Assembly: GCA_010093605.1 (NCBI GenBank)
Contig: MU004198.1
Span: 622,726-686,725 of the forward strand
Length of the DNA stretch: 64,000 nt
Direction: 5' to 3'
Source: Lophium mytilinum
Lineage: Eukaryota
A program made the translations under genes and the position numbers. Within the stretch, counting starts at the first letter, position 1; each line of letters opens with the position of its first letter. The notes below the pieces were generated by a model. The model was not told where the DNA came from. It ran no database searches and worked only from the letters and a program-made list of their open reading frames with translations. Below, piece after piece: positions 36,105 to 48,631 of this stretch.

Positions 36105-37941
36105 ATGGAAAAACCTTGGGCCCAAGAGAGATGGGAGCCCACAATCGCCGTTGTCACCATAGTGTACCCGACCCTTTCGGTCGAAGTGAGTGCGCCTTTT
36201 CGTTCCTCCTAATCTGAAAGCGTGCGAGCACAGCGGACAGAGTATACATTCTACATCTCTGCAAGCACACGAATGTATCAGTCTCGTCTCTTCTGTGTCT
36301 TCTAACCTTTTCCGGCAGGAATACAGGCTACAGGCAGCTTCAGTACGCGAGCTGACAAACTCAATCATCGAACTTCCTTACCACCCTTCTAGTTGGATCC
36401 GACGTGCTGAGGCCCATACTGTGCTTGTTTATCCGGAGCTGGCTATTGGCGACGCGTACAAAGCACGTCTTTTGGTTGAGGCAGCCCTATCAAACACCAC
36501 CGAACTTGGAGAAATGGCTGTGCTGGTTTACGGGATGAGCGATTGGATGAATGCTGCGGACCAATGGGCGCAAGCAGGACTCGGCCGTCTTCGCGAGTCG
36601 GTTGCTTTCTCTTCGAGGCCTAGAGAAGGATATCTGGACCAGTATTGCCCATCAATTGATGCGTTTAAAGGCTTGGTGGGATCTTCACCAGCTTCTTCCT
36701 ACCGTCGCACAAAAAGGGCACATCCCGCCTACGGACTTGGCTGAGATGAAGGAGATGATCGAAGAAAAGAAAAGGCTTTGCCCAAACCTTGGAAATCCCC
36801 GCCGCGACGCGTATGGAACTCTCAAAGATGGTGATATCCACATCCGAACCTAGCCCTGAATGACTTCTGATGTGCTGTACCGACGGGAGAGTCTCAAGGA
36901 CCTACAGCAGGACATGCTGAGAGCATCCGAATCGCGCTGTAGTGTGGAGAATAGTTCCATCCAAGCAGGGAGTCGGACCGCGGCCCAGGATACATACGGC
37001 GTTCTTGCAATCACTGCTCTACGAAAAGATGAGACCCTGCTAGTTGAACACACAGCGGCGGCTGTTACATCCGACGAGAAAGCATGTCAGGTATGCTTCC
37101 GCCGACTGACAGCCAATGCAGTCGACCTCGTATGCTGCAACGTCAAATTTTGCAGCACGGCCTGTGCAAACGAGGCCAAAAGGTCATTTCACCGAGTCAT
37201 ATGTGGCAAGACATTCAGGTTCCCTGTACTGAGCGACTTTCCTTTTTTCGACAGACGCAGAATTTGCTTCTGCTACGTTGTCTAGCTGTCATTATCCAGG
37301 CAGATACCGGGTCACACCCACTGGCCAGTCCAGTAGCCAGTACTCTTACAGCCAATCTTGCTGGCTCTGATGACTGGCGATACCATGACGACATCATCTA
37401 CCCTATCCACATGCTTCAAACCCTCGGAATCGACGTGTTTGCGGATCTGCGCTACGACACTTGGGTCATCAGGACGATGTACACGCAGATCCTCAACAAC
37501 GTAAATGGAGAAGACGAAGAAGAAGAAGAAGAACGAAATGGAGTGAGCACCATATCGTTGCATCGGCTATATTCTATGATCAATCATAGCTGTCATCCGA
37601 ACCTGGAATGGACGTATCAGCATGACCGATCATCTTCAGTGGTGATTCGTGCCAAGCAAGACATCAAGATGGGCGAAGAGCTGTTCATCTCCTACATTGG
37701 CGAGGAGGGTACATTCCAGCCATTTGCCGAGAAACAGAGGCGGCTCAATCCTTGGGTTGGTGCCAATTGTGGATGTGCAAGATGTAAGGCCGAACGGCCG
37801 GAAGCGGACGATGCCGAATTCTCGGAATACTGGCTGGGATATCTTGCTGCCTGTTCTGCAGAGGACCGCGCACGAAACGCACTCTTACTCGCGGCAACAG
37901 ATGAGAGGTGGACTAGTAGACTAGTAGACAACATGGACTGA
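36105..37941 (+). pseudogene. TPR-like/MYND/SET (SMYD-like) lysine methyltransferase paralog 1, disrupted
   Basis: YPELAIGDAYKA, CQVCF...CC..KFCS..C, SMINHSCHPN, GEELFISY, CGCARC; frameshifts near 36610 and 37247; stops TAG 36851-36853 and TGA 36857-36859. Confidence 0.8.
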
Positions 37942-38851
37942 GGATGGCCCGGCGAGGTAGCCGACTGTTCTCATTCGTGCGCTTTCCTCTCACTCAAGAT
38001 TTTCAATCCATGTTGAATTACCTTCAGTCGTGACAAGAAACGATCAGCAAGAAGCACTCCAACTCAGTACTAGATCATAAATCTAGGCACACATATCTAT
38101 TACTGCTTGGCTCGAATCCAGCTCGCTCGACGGCGCTGTAGGGGTTTACTGGCCATTCAGTATCCAATGAGTCAAGAGGTACCTTAATCTGCACTGCTTG
38201 AAATTTGCTATCGGCCTTGGATTTTCAAAATTCAGAAGGTGAACTGCAAGCAGTGGCGAACCAATTTGTTCAGAAATATGGCCTGTCACTGCTCCTGGGA
38301 CCCTGCTCGAAGAATCAGAGAAGAGAATACATGTCAAGGATATCGGAACATATCGTGTCACGGTCCTAGTGCCGCGTTTGTCCTTTTGATCCTGTCAACG
38401 AATGGCCTCGAGAACTCTCGCCGTGCACTCATCGAAGCTCTCTGGAGAGACTACGCTTCTCGCCTGGCGCCGCTTGAGGCTCCATAGTAGGTTATCGTGA
38501 ATTGAAAGAGCAAGTCTGACACACCGTATAGCTGTTCGAGCCACTTCAGACAGAGCCAGGATAGACTCCCGCCTTTTCTCAACAAGCCCTATACCATAAA
38601 CCTCTCTAAAGCGGTCACCAGCACAGACATCTTGCGCCTTCGTTGAACGCCAGGGGAGGCCGAACCAACAACGCGCCTGTCTGATGCCCGTATGTCACAA
38701 AGGTGAAGTCGGCTCAAGAGTGAAGCTGGCTATTCACCAAGTGAAGTGCCAAGCCTGTGCACGGGGCACATCTATCTATCACCTCAGTTTGTGTGATTCT
38801 CTTTTCGCACCTATCGCGATCACCAAAACACGCATCATCATCAGGACAAAG

Positions 38852-40595
38852 ATGGAGAAACCTTGGGCCCGGGAGAGGTGGGATCCGACCCGAGTCAACG
38901 AGTCCGGAAATACTCGGCGCTTGCCAGTAGAAGTAAGTACACGCTCTACGTTTGAAACAAAGCGATCTGTGGATCAGAAACTCTCACCAGTAGAATGTCA
39001 TCTGCAGTGTCTGTTGCGTATTTTCGGCTTTCGCTAACTCCAGGTTCTAGTTGTACGATGGACTCTCCTCTCAGGCCTGCCTTTCCACCGAGGACATCAT
39101 TGAGTTCCCCTACAACCCAGTCCCATGGAACATTCGCAGCCAGGTCCTCCAACGACTAGGATATCCGGAGCTCTCCTTGGGAGATGCCCACAAATCGCTT
39201 CTACTCATCGAAGCTGCCCTTTCAGAAGTCACGGCTACCGAACTTGGACTGAAGGTCATGTTGGTTTTAGGCATGTCGACTTGGCTTTGGAACATCGAGT
39301 TCTATGAGCAGCATGGACTGGAATATCTCCCAGTTGCCGTCGTTATATGGCTGCAGAATCTTGAGAAGGAAGTCTGGCAGCAAATTATCATTGGTCTGTG
39401 CGAGACACATGGATATTGGTATCTGCGCCAATTTCGTCAAACTCTGGAAGAAAAAGCGCCGCTCTTTCATGCATCGAGGCTCCGTCAAATGTACGATCGT
39501 GGGTATGAGGCGAGGAAGATGAAGTGCCAAGGCAAAGGGGACAATGTTGAATATTCGGACTCATTCCGCTTTGGGCCTATCTACTACCGGGCATATCCTT
39601 GGATGGATCCTGCCCTGCTACGGCGATCTAATGGCGCTGTAAAAAAGTTGAAGAAGGACTTGACCAAATCTTCGGATTCGCGATGCAGATTGGGAAAAAG
39701 TTCTATCCAGGATGGCCTTACCAAGGAGCAGGGAACCAAGACACCGATCGGAGATATGTATGGTGTTTTCGCAGCGACTGGTCTTGTCAAAGGAGAAACA
39801 CTGCTGTCTGAAGACCCCATACTTGCTGTCACAACCGATTCCAACGCCTGTCCAGTGTGCTTCAAACCTCTGGATGCGAATGCAACCAACCTGGGATGTT
39901 GCGCTATCAAGTTCTGCACACGTACTTGTGCGAAGATGGCATAGGGTACATTTCACAAGGTCATGAGCGGAGAAAATTTTGAGTTCCCTGGCCTCTACAA
40001 AAATGGAAAGGGAAGCCAGCTAATGACTCTGCACCTACTTCGATGCCTCGCTCTCATCGTGCAGTGGGACAAGAACTCTCAATACAGCAGTCGCGATCCG
40101 CTGATCAGCCCCGCAGTCAAAGGCCTTACCCCAAACTACTCTGGGGGGCACCATCCCTGGTCCTTCAACGAGCACATTGTATATCCGACTCTAATGCTCC
40201 GGAAACTCGGGATCGACGTCTTTGCGGACTTGCGTTACGATACTTGGGTCGTTCAAACCATTATGAGCCGTCTCGACAACAATGGGATCTCGTTGCCTCT
40301 CGGCCATGGATGGATTAAGTCGCTGGGTTCGTTGCATTGCCTCTTCAATCACAGCTGCACGCCCAATGCTGGCTGGATGCCTAAAGCTGGCGATCCATCC
40401 AAATTGGAGGTGTGGGTTTCTCGAGACGTCAAAGAAGGGGAAGAGCTCTTCGTCTGCTACAAGGACACGGTTATGTTCATGCCGTACGAGGAGAGGCAAA
40501 AGACACTGCAAAAATGGCTTGGCACTGAATGCGGATGTCCCAGATGTGCCGCGGACCGCCTCAAGATCGCCAAGCGTGGACGAAAGCTCCCATAG
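38852..40595 (+). pseudogene. TPR-like/MYND/SET (SMYD-like) paralog 2 with one in-frame TAG (39942-39944)
   Basis: MEKPWARERW start shared with paralog 1; LGYPELSLGDAHKS, RAYPWM, CPVCF...CC..KFC, LFNHSCTPN, GEELFVCY, CGCPRC; flanking ORFs are in the same frame. Confidence 0.78.
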
Positions 40596-41152
40596 CTAGA
40601 CTCGATGTCTGTATGCTTCGCTAAACCTCCATTGTAAGGTATAGCTAGAGCACCGACAAAATAGGGTTTTCTTTGGCGGCGAGAAGGGTTGAAATGGGTT
40701 AGAGTGCACACGGTCGAAGTTGCGGAAGTGGTGTTGTGGCTGCTATATGAGATGCATGTTCACACCTAGCCAGCACAAGTACAAGAGAGAGTTCGTAGTT
40801 CTCTTACCAACCAAAAAAGGAAGTTCCTAACTTCAGAAATGTAAATACACTGGCCGATCATCGCAATGAGGTAGTCCTCAAAATGTTTCCACTAAGATGA
40901 CCGCTGAGTCCGCTCACGTGTCAGTCGTATTAGGTAGCATTGAAGCTTGAATTTGTCTTCATCTCGAAAATTTCCCATCACCATTCAATCAAGCTGTTGT
41001 TTCATTGACGTCCATTTCTGTAGCAAGTCCACGCGACTATCTACCAAAGACGGTAAAGATCGTCAACATACCCACTAACGTCATTGCTTTGAAAGCACCA
41101 CCTCTGAACCTCCTCACATCCTCTACACATCCCAGACTCCGACCAATTGACA

Positions 41153-42848
41153 ATGACAGAAACCGAGAACATCGCTCTCCGCGAATCGCGCCTCTCGGAC
41201 GTCGGCGATCAACCGCCTCACGATCCAGAGCAAGATGCAATCAACCTCGGTGACGATGACTCAAGACAAAGCGATTCGAATAGGAAGAGGGCGTGTGTTC
41301 TTGTGGGCTCTGCGATGTTACAGCTGCCAATATGGGGTAGGTAAATCTCTAGTCAAGATATGTGTTATTCTGCAATTATTCGTACTTCGTCAATCTTTAT
41401 TCCACATCAATTCAAAATCTGGAAAATGGTATATTCTTATCATCTTCATCGCCCTGCAACATCACAGGGAACGCTCTTCAGAAGATTGGCGAACGCTTTA
41501 AATGACAGTTGATGAGTTCTTTCAATCATTCCCGAAGAGATGAGCATTTCAAGCGGTAGCATATTTTTACATACAGCCGTACCCCTATCATCACAACTAC
41601 TGCATTCCAATACAAGTCCCACTGACACCCATCCCAGGCTTCGCCATGTCCTACGGCGTCTTCCAAGAATACTACACCACCCACCACCCCCTCCACGGAT
41701 CCCCCTCCCTCACCGGCATCATCGGCACGACATCCAACGGCGTAATGTACCTCTCCATGCCCCCTCTCTTCTACCTCTTCACCAAACGCCTCGCGCGCTA
41801 CCGCCAAACCGCCGCCCTCGCCGGCGCCCTCCTCGCCACCCTCTCCTTCCTCCTCTCCTCCTTCAGCACCACCGTCTGGCACCTCGTCGCAACCCAAGGC
41901 GTCCTCGCCGCCCTCGGCTGCGCCCTCATCTACAGCCCCACCACCCTCTCTCTCGGCGAGTGGTACACGACCAAGAACCGCGCCGTCGCCTACGGCGTGA
42001 CGCTCTCCTGCAAGAACATTGTCGGCTCCGCGTGCCCCTTTCTTTTCCGCGGCCTCCTCGACCGCTGTGGCTTCCGCACCAGCCTCCGCATCTGGACCGC
42101 CATCCTCGCCGCGACCAGCATCCTCGCTATCTTCCTCGTGCCCACCCACCCCTCCGCCGTCGCGCCTCGCACCCCCCGCGCGCGAAAGATGCCCTGGACG
42201 TTCCTGCGGCATCAGACGTTCTACATCTACGCCATCGCCATCGTGCTGCAGAGCTGCGGCTACGGCATCCCGCAAACGTACCTGAACGAGTACGCGCACG
42301 ACGTCACGCTGCTATCCCAAACCTCCGCCACGCTGCTGCTCACCCTCTTCAACGCACCCGGCATTATCTCGTCGTCCTTCTTCGGGTATTTAAGCGACAA
42401 GAAGCGCTTCTCCCTCTCCGCGACGACCGTGACGGCGATTTCGGCGGGCAGCTCGGCGCTCTCTGCGTTCCTCTTCTGGGGCTTGACGAGCCAGGGGAGC
42501 TTAGCGCTGCTGGTGGTGTTTTCGATCACGTTTGGGTTCTTCGCGGGCGGGTATAGCGCGACATGGGGCGGGATCCTGAATGAGATGGAGCGGGAAGCAG
42601 CTGCGAGCAACGAAGCGATCGACTCCGGGATGATCTACGGGCTGCTCAACGGCGCTCGCGGGATCGGCTATGTCAGCGGCGGATTAGCAGGCCTACCTCT
42701 CCTCAAAGCCGGCGCGAAAACCGCGATAGGAAACTTCGGCTACGGCACAACCTACGGCCCTCTCATCATATTCACGGGGCTCTCCTCCGTATTCGGCGGG
42801 TGGGGCGTGCTGTGGAAGTGGAAGAGGGTGGTGCGATTGGTGCAATAA
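41153..42848 (+). CDS. MFS transporter, monocarboxylate permease (MCH/MCT)-like
   Basis: QLPIWG/FAMSYGVFQEYY, TQGVLAALGCALIYSP, multiple transmembrane helices; one ~300-bp intron (~41337-41637). Confidence 0.9.
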
Positions 42849-42971
42849 GACTACCTATACACTACATACTGAGCCTCCAGAGTGGTATTTCCAAAACGAC
42901 CCTTGAATTGAAACGCCTGTGGATACTAGCTTCCGTCATTATTTCTTAATCGTGTTGGGTACGATCGTTAT

Positions 42972-45924
42972 CTAGAATAGGCTCCAGCCCTTGCCTCCTC
43001 TCTTTTCTCGCTCATTTGACGGCGTTGTTCGAGATGAGAAACGCTTCTCACGCGCTTCGAGTTGTCGTAGTGCTTCCATTTCTTTAAGCACGTGTTCGAG
43101 GAGCTCTTTGCGGCGTACGACGTCGAGATGACGGCGAATTTTCGGGTCTTCGCGCGCAAAGCGCTCGATTTCGGTTTGGGAGAGGCCGCGGCCGAGGCGG
43201 GTGTCTAGTTCACGGGGAAACTATAGGCGTGTTAGTACGACCATTGACTGGAGTGGGGAAGCGGAGGAGAAAGTTTATAACATACGAGATAGTAGAACTT
43301 GGAAAGCAATTCGGCATCTAAGAATAAGTCGGCAGTAGTCGTGAGCTTATCAGCCACAGCATCCAGGAAGACTTCCGGACAGTAGTATTTGTTGGTCTTG
43401 TTAGCGCACTGTTTGGACTTGACGGCCATGATGCGCATCTTCAGGATGTCGACGCGGTCGCGAAGGAAGACTGCTTCGCGGCCTGTACATCGCACCATTA
43501 GCATAATCTCAGATGTCGGAGGCTATATCACATACCCTTATGTAAAAGCGCAGAACTGAATCCGCCAGCGCCACCAATGCCATCGCCCTCGAGGACTACC
43601 TTTCCATCTCTCACGCGGTCGATGAAAGCCATTACATCTTTTGCCTTCTTGCGGCCACCTATCTGTGACTCTACATTCTTCGCTGCCGACTCGCAGACCT
43701 TCAACTCCTCTTTGAGCGTGTTGGTGACGTTCTCGCGGCCTTTAGCCCATTCGTGGTCCTCGACCTCAATGCGGTACTTGTACGGCTTGATACATATCTC
43801 CAGCTCGTCGCTGATGTCGTACGATAGATCTCGGAGAATGGTTGTGGATGCTTCTGTGATAGCTTGGCGAGCGAATGGATGAGTAGCAAATCGAGAACTC
43901 AGAGTCAATTGATCGATGTGCGTTTGTAGGGCGTTTGCGACGACCGACGTGGCCAGGCGGCCAATGCCGAGCTTCGTCAATGACGTGCTAGATGAATCCA
44001 GCTTGATCTGCCAAATTGGATTGTCCAGATCTGCCTTTGGGAGACTGCTCAAAGGATCTGGATCAGGTAAAGGCTGGGACAGGTCATCGAATGGCCTGTT
44101 CCAATACCGTTGTGCTAGCAGGTTCAACACTTGCTGGTCGATCTCGTGCTTGACTATCGCTCGGACTTCGGGTCTTCCAAACTGCTCTGTGAAGCCTTTG
44201 AAAGAGTGCTTGAAGGCGTCGAGACTCTCGGCTAAATAGGATTCGGCGCTGAGTGGCCGGTCGTTGTATTGTACTTTGAATTCGTAGGTCGCCTCGGCGA
44301 GTTCTCTTTGAATAGCCTCGCTGGTCGTTTTGAGGCTAGATGCCATAGTCGATTCCAGCACGTACATCAACTTCTTCCGCAGATTATGCGTACCCACGTC
44401 CAGGTTAGATCCGCTGCCAAACTCGGCATGTGATGAAAAGTAGGCAGCCTCATTCTTGGTAATGGCACTAGTGATGCTTCCGTTTCCGCGATTGAAGAGC
44501 TTCCCGGTTCCAGTAGCTTGGGGGACTCGACATACGACGCCAACGTATCCTAGCCGCAACGCGTACTTCTGGTCATTGAGTAAACTAGCTCCACGTTCAG
44601 CATCAACAAGATCCATCTTGGTAATCACACCAATGGTGCGCTCTCCTCGGGGATCAACCTTTCGGGATGCTCGCAAGGCGGTAGAGTTGGCCAGATCAAC
44701 ATCGGCGGCAGATATGGCGAGGATGATATTTGGGGATCGAATATACTTTTCGCAGAGCTCCCTAATCTTCTCCTTGAGCTCCGCTGGCTGATCCCTTCCA
44801 GTAACTTGGATGTACCCGGGAAGATCGATCAACGATAGATCAGGGACGTTCGGGGAATATATCCGGAGCTGGATAGGGTCGTCAGAAACGCAAGCCTCGA
44901 CGGGTACGGCCAGATTTAGATCGGTGAGTGTCCGCTGAATTTGGGAAAAGTCTGTGATTTTTCCCAGACCGAGGGCGGGGAACTCTCCATACTCAGCACG
45001 AGCCTCGGGGGTGTTGACGAGAGTGAGTTCAATGGGCCGTCGTGTGACCATATTGGATCCCTTTGGCAAAAATTCGTGGCCGACGATTGCTTCCAATACC
45101 GAGCTCTTTCCTGATGATTGTGAACCAATTACCACAATTGATGGGAGTGTCAGAGTTTCCGACTGTCCCACAGTCTGCAACAAGCTCCTGATCTCAATCA
45201 TCTTCTTTGTCAACATCATCATCTGCTCGTCACGGGCAATCCTCTCCTCCGAAGACGAGTCCTCCTCATCTTTGGAATCGTAACCAAACGCAGCTGCTGT
45301 CGTAGCTCCAGCCGCTGCGGTGCCAGCACTCGGACCGCTCTGTTTTGGATTTCCCTCGGGCCCTGAACCACCACCGCTACCTCCTGATGTTTCTTCGGGG
45401 AACAGAATCGCCTTCATCCAATCGGGGTAGTCAAACTCCTCTTTCGTTTTCAGCCATCCTCTCCTCGTTTGGTCCAAAGTTTGAGAGGCGCCTTCGTATA
45501 GAGTTCCGGCGATATTTGTTGCTCGATCGGTGGTGCGGTTGAAAATATCCAGGACATATCCACCGGCCTCTGCACGGTGTTAGCATTTCAAATAGTAACA
45601 AGTTTTATATCCCAACTTACGCCCCGCTTGATACTGGATATAAGAAGCTCCTGCAATCACAGCCCCCCCAGCAACAGCTCCCAGAGAGGCGAATTTGGTG
45701 ACGATTTTAGGCAGAATGCGGACAAAAGATATGGAGCGCACCGCGGGAACATTGTGCAGTGCGTAAGAGCCCAGCGGCCAAGGCCGTTGGTTCAACAATC
45801 GCAATCCAGCATCTGATCGCAGTAAACCTCCCGCAGAGGTGGCGGAATGGTAGAATCGGTGTGGCGTGTTGGCAGCAGCGGCACGCCGGACGAGGGGCGC
45901 GAGACGTGCAAGCCGCCCGCTCAT
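42972..45924 (-). CDS. MGM1: Mitochondrial dynamin-like GTPase Mgm1/Msp1
   Basis: Mitochondrial presequence plus TM, LPSIVVIGSQSSGKSSVLEAIVGHEFLPKG, DLPG, TKMD; C-terminal REDPKIRRHLD. Confidence 0.95.
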
Positions 45925-46443
45925 GGTGATGGATTACGGAGCCGGAGGTCTGGGCATGGAGCGCGCGGGCAAAAGATACGTGATGGCGAGGCGTGGTGGT
46001 GTTTTCCGAGAAGTTGACTGTGAGCCTTCGTCACTGTGCCAAGGCCGGCCAGCACCTCACCCTGCGACTTGCGGCCGGCTGCTCTCCTCCACCACGACGT
46101 GGGGGTAGCCTTTCTTTGTCCGTCTGATACTCATTTTCCTGCACGCCATCAGCTGGCATTGCGGCGGGACGACTGCGTTATTTGCTCTCCCATGTCCTCG
46201 ATTTGACCATTGGACTCCGCGATTGCGTGATCCAATCAAGCTCACCGTTCGAAAGACTCACACCGTGTCGTGCTCGTTTGGTGCTGTGAGACAGCTGGCC
46301 TGAACTTACTTCTAGCACCCTATACTCTTCTTTTCTGTACATTCCATACTGAGCTCACTCCACAATTCAGACCAGATCCTCAAAAGGACAACAAGCATAT
46401 TTCATAGTGGCAACTAAGTGTTAATACAGCAAAAGCAGCCACC

Positions 46444-47723
46444 ATGTGTAGATTTCTAGTACGTCCTTAACCTTTATATATCTCTCCCAATTGCTAACCC
46501 CCCCAGGTCTACAAAGGCAAAGACGAAATCCTCCTCTCCAAACTTATACTCGACCCAAGCCACTCCATCCTCACCCAATCCTACGACTCCCGCCTCCGCC
46601 TGGTACCCCCCTCCCCCCTCCCCTCCACCACCTCAACCCACTAACACCCCCCCAGGACCGCCGCCGCCCTCACAATGGCGACGGCTTCGGCGTCGGCTAC
46701 TACACCTCCCCCGCCCTAGGCCCAGAGCCATGCATCTTCACCTCCACGATCCCCGCCTGGAACTGCATCAATCTCTCCCGCCTCGCCTCCAAAACCACCT
46801 CCTCCCTCATCTTCGCCCACGTGCGCGCCACCACCGAAGGCAACCTCTCCGACTCCAATTGCCACCCCTTCCGCTACCGCTCGCTGATGTTCATGCACAA
46901 CGGCGGCATCGGCGGCTGGAAGCACGTCAAGCGCCGCCTGGCCGTCTCGCTCTCCGAGCAATGGTTCGTCAACGTGCAGGGCAGCACCGACAGCGAGTGG
47001 GCCTTTGCGCTGTTCCTCGACAGTATGGAGCGGGCGGGCGTGTCGCCGGACGACGAGCGCGCCGCGTCGGAGGGGTTCGGGCATATCGTGCTGCGGAAAG
47101 CACTGCTAAAGACCATTGAGCGGATTAATGCGTTTATTGCGGAGATACCTGAGGCGCTGCGCACCGAGGACACGCGGAGTCTGCTGAACTTCGCCGTGAC
47201 GGACGGGCATAGTGTCGTGTGCACGCGCTACGTCTCCTCCTGCACCGACGAGGCCGCATCCCTCTTTTTCAGTTCCGGGACGTCGTGGCTAGAAGACCTA
47301 CCCGCGTCGTCCCCCTCCGCTTCTCCGTCCCCGCCGCCGTCGGATCCGCCCGCGAAGACCTTCCGTATGGCGCGCCTGGACAAGTCCTCGAGCACTATTC
47401 TCATCTCCTCCGAGCCGTTGACGTTTGACCGCGATAACTGGGTTACGGTTCCTACGAACAGCGTGCTCACGATTCATGATCAGACCCTCATGATCCACCC
47501 AGTTCGAGATCAGTTTTACTCTGCGAATCCCGCGCATGAGCGGAGTGCTAAGTTTGCCGAGACGAAGGGGCAGATGGTGACGGGGCCGGATAAGAGCGTA
47601 TTGATAGGGGAAGTTGGGAATAAGGCACAGAACGGTCAGCTGAGTCCTGGGCGGGCTGGGGGCTGCGGAGACGCAAAGGTCGATGTAGTGTCCGGAGCCA
47701 TCAGACGACTAAGGGTTGAGTAG
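46444..47723 (+). CDS. DUG3: Class II glutamine amidotransferase Dug3 (glutathione degradation)
   Basis: MCRFLVYKG start (N-terminal nucleophile Cys), NGDGFGVGYY, PAWN, FAHVRA, NCHPF, MHNGG, TDSE, SEPLTF; two 5' introns. Confidence 0.92.
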
Positions 47724-48631
47724 GAGGTTTTAGAAGTTTGGGATAGGCGTACAGGGAGCATGGCACAACGGGTAGATCTTCATAGCGCAGTCTTTTTTGT
47801 TACCATCGGCGTTCTAAGTCGGAGCAAGGATCGGTCTCCAATACCATTGGTGTTTGGGTGCCTCCATAGATTTCCACAGTCCTAGATAATCAAACAAAGG
47901 CGTGAAGTTGCTTAGGATGTCTCAATATATCATCAATCATCACAAATATAACACCCAATAAATAAACATATCAGACTCCCATTCCCATATCGATCTATCG
48001 ACAGCCCCCCTAAAAAGAGAAGAAAAGGAATCACATAGTCCACTCCACGCTGCATCGCAAGCCGACTCGACCCCTCCAACCCCGCCAAAACCAATTTCAG
48101 ACTTGATCCCCGACAGTCTGCGACAGATGTGATCCGGGGAGCCACCAAAAAGGGGAAGAAAGAAGAACCACAGGAGAAGGCAAAAAAAATGACACAAGGG
48201 GTCCACTAGGTTACGCCGGGGATATGATGCTGGAGGTAGGGTGCGAATCGATACGACAGGAGGAGAAAGGAAAGGAGAAGGGAATTACATGACGGTGTAT
48301 CTTGCGATGCTTTCATAATCGATCATGACGAAGGGGTCGACACGCTCTTTTGGATTTGGGGGAGGGGGGTGTTGAGGGTTGAGGTGGATGGTGTGGGGAG
48401 CTGAGCTGGGGGTGGTTCGATTGGGGAGGTGGGGTTTCGTGTGCGAGCGGTTGCAAGGGTGGTCGTAGATTAAATGGTGTAATGGTCGGGAGTCCGCCGG
48501 GGATTGATCGTATTAGGTTCTGACGCCTTAGTTACGGGCCAGGACTGCCTTGCCGTTGGTCACTGGAGCGCTACACCGGCCTCGTGGAGTGGGCGAAGTC
48601 AGATTTTGGTATCGATATGTGAATTGTACGT

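Noticed and set aside
32460..40595. CUL4 next to SET genes as a heterochromatin (DCDC/CLRC-like) cluster
   Set aside because: The SET genes are SMYD-like, not DIM-5/Clr4, and are disrupted
41337..41637. Long MFS intron with TGATGA and CTGA as a possible C/D snoRNA
   Set aside because: The CTGA coincides with the branch point, and no terminal stem or rRNA guide was recognised
41526..42610. Long antisense and alternative-frame ORFs over the MFS gene (also over DUG3, importin alpha and SCC3)
   Set aside because: Shadow ORFs caused by high GC3 codon bias
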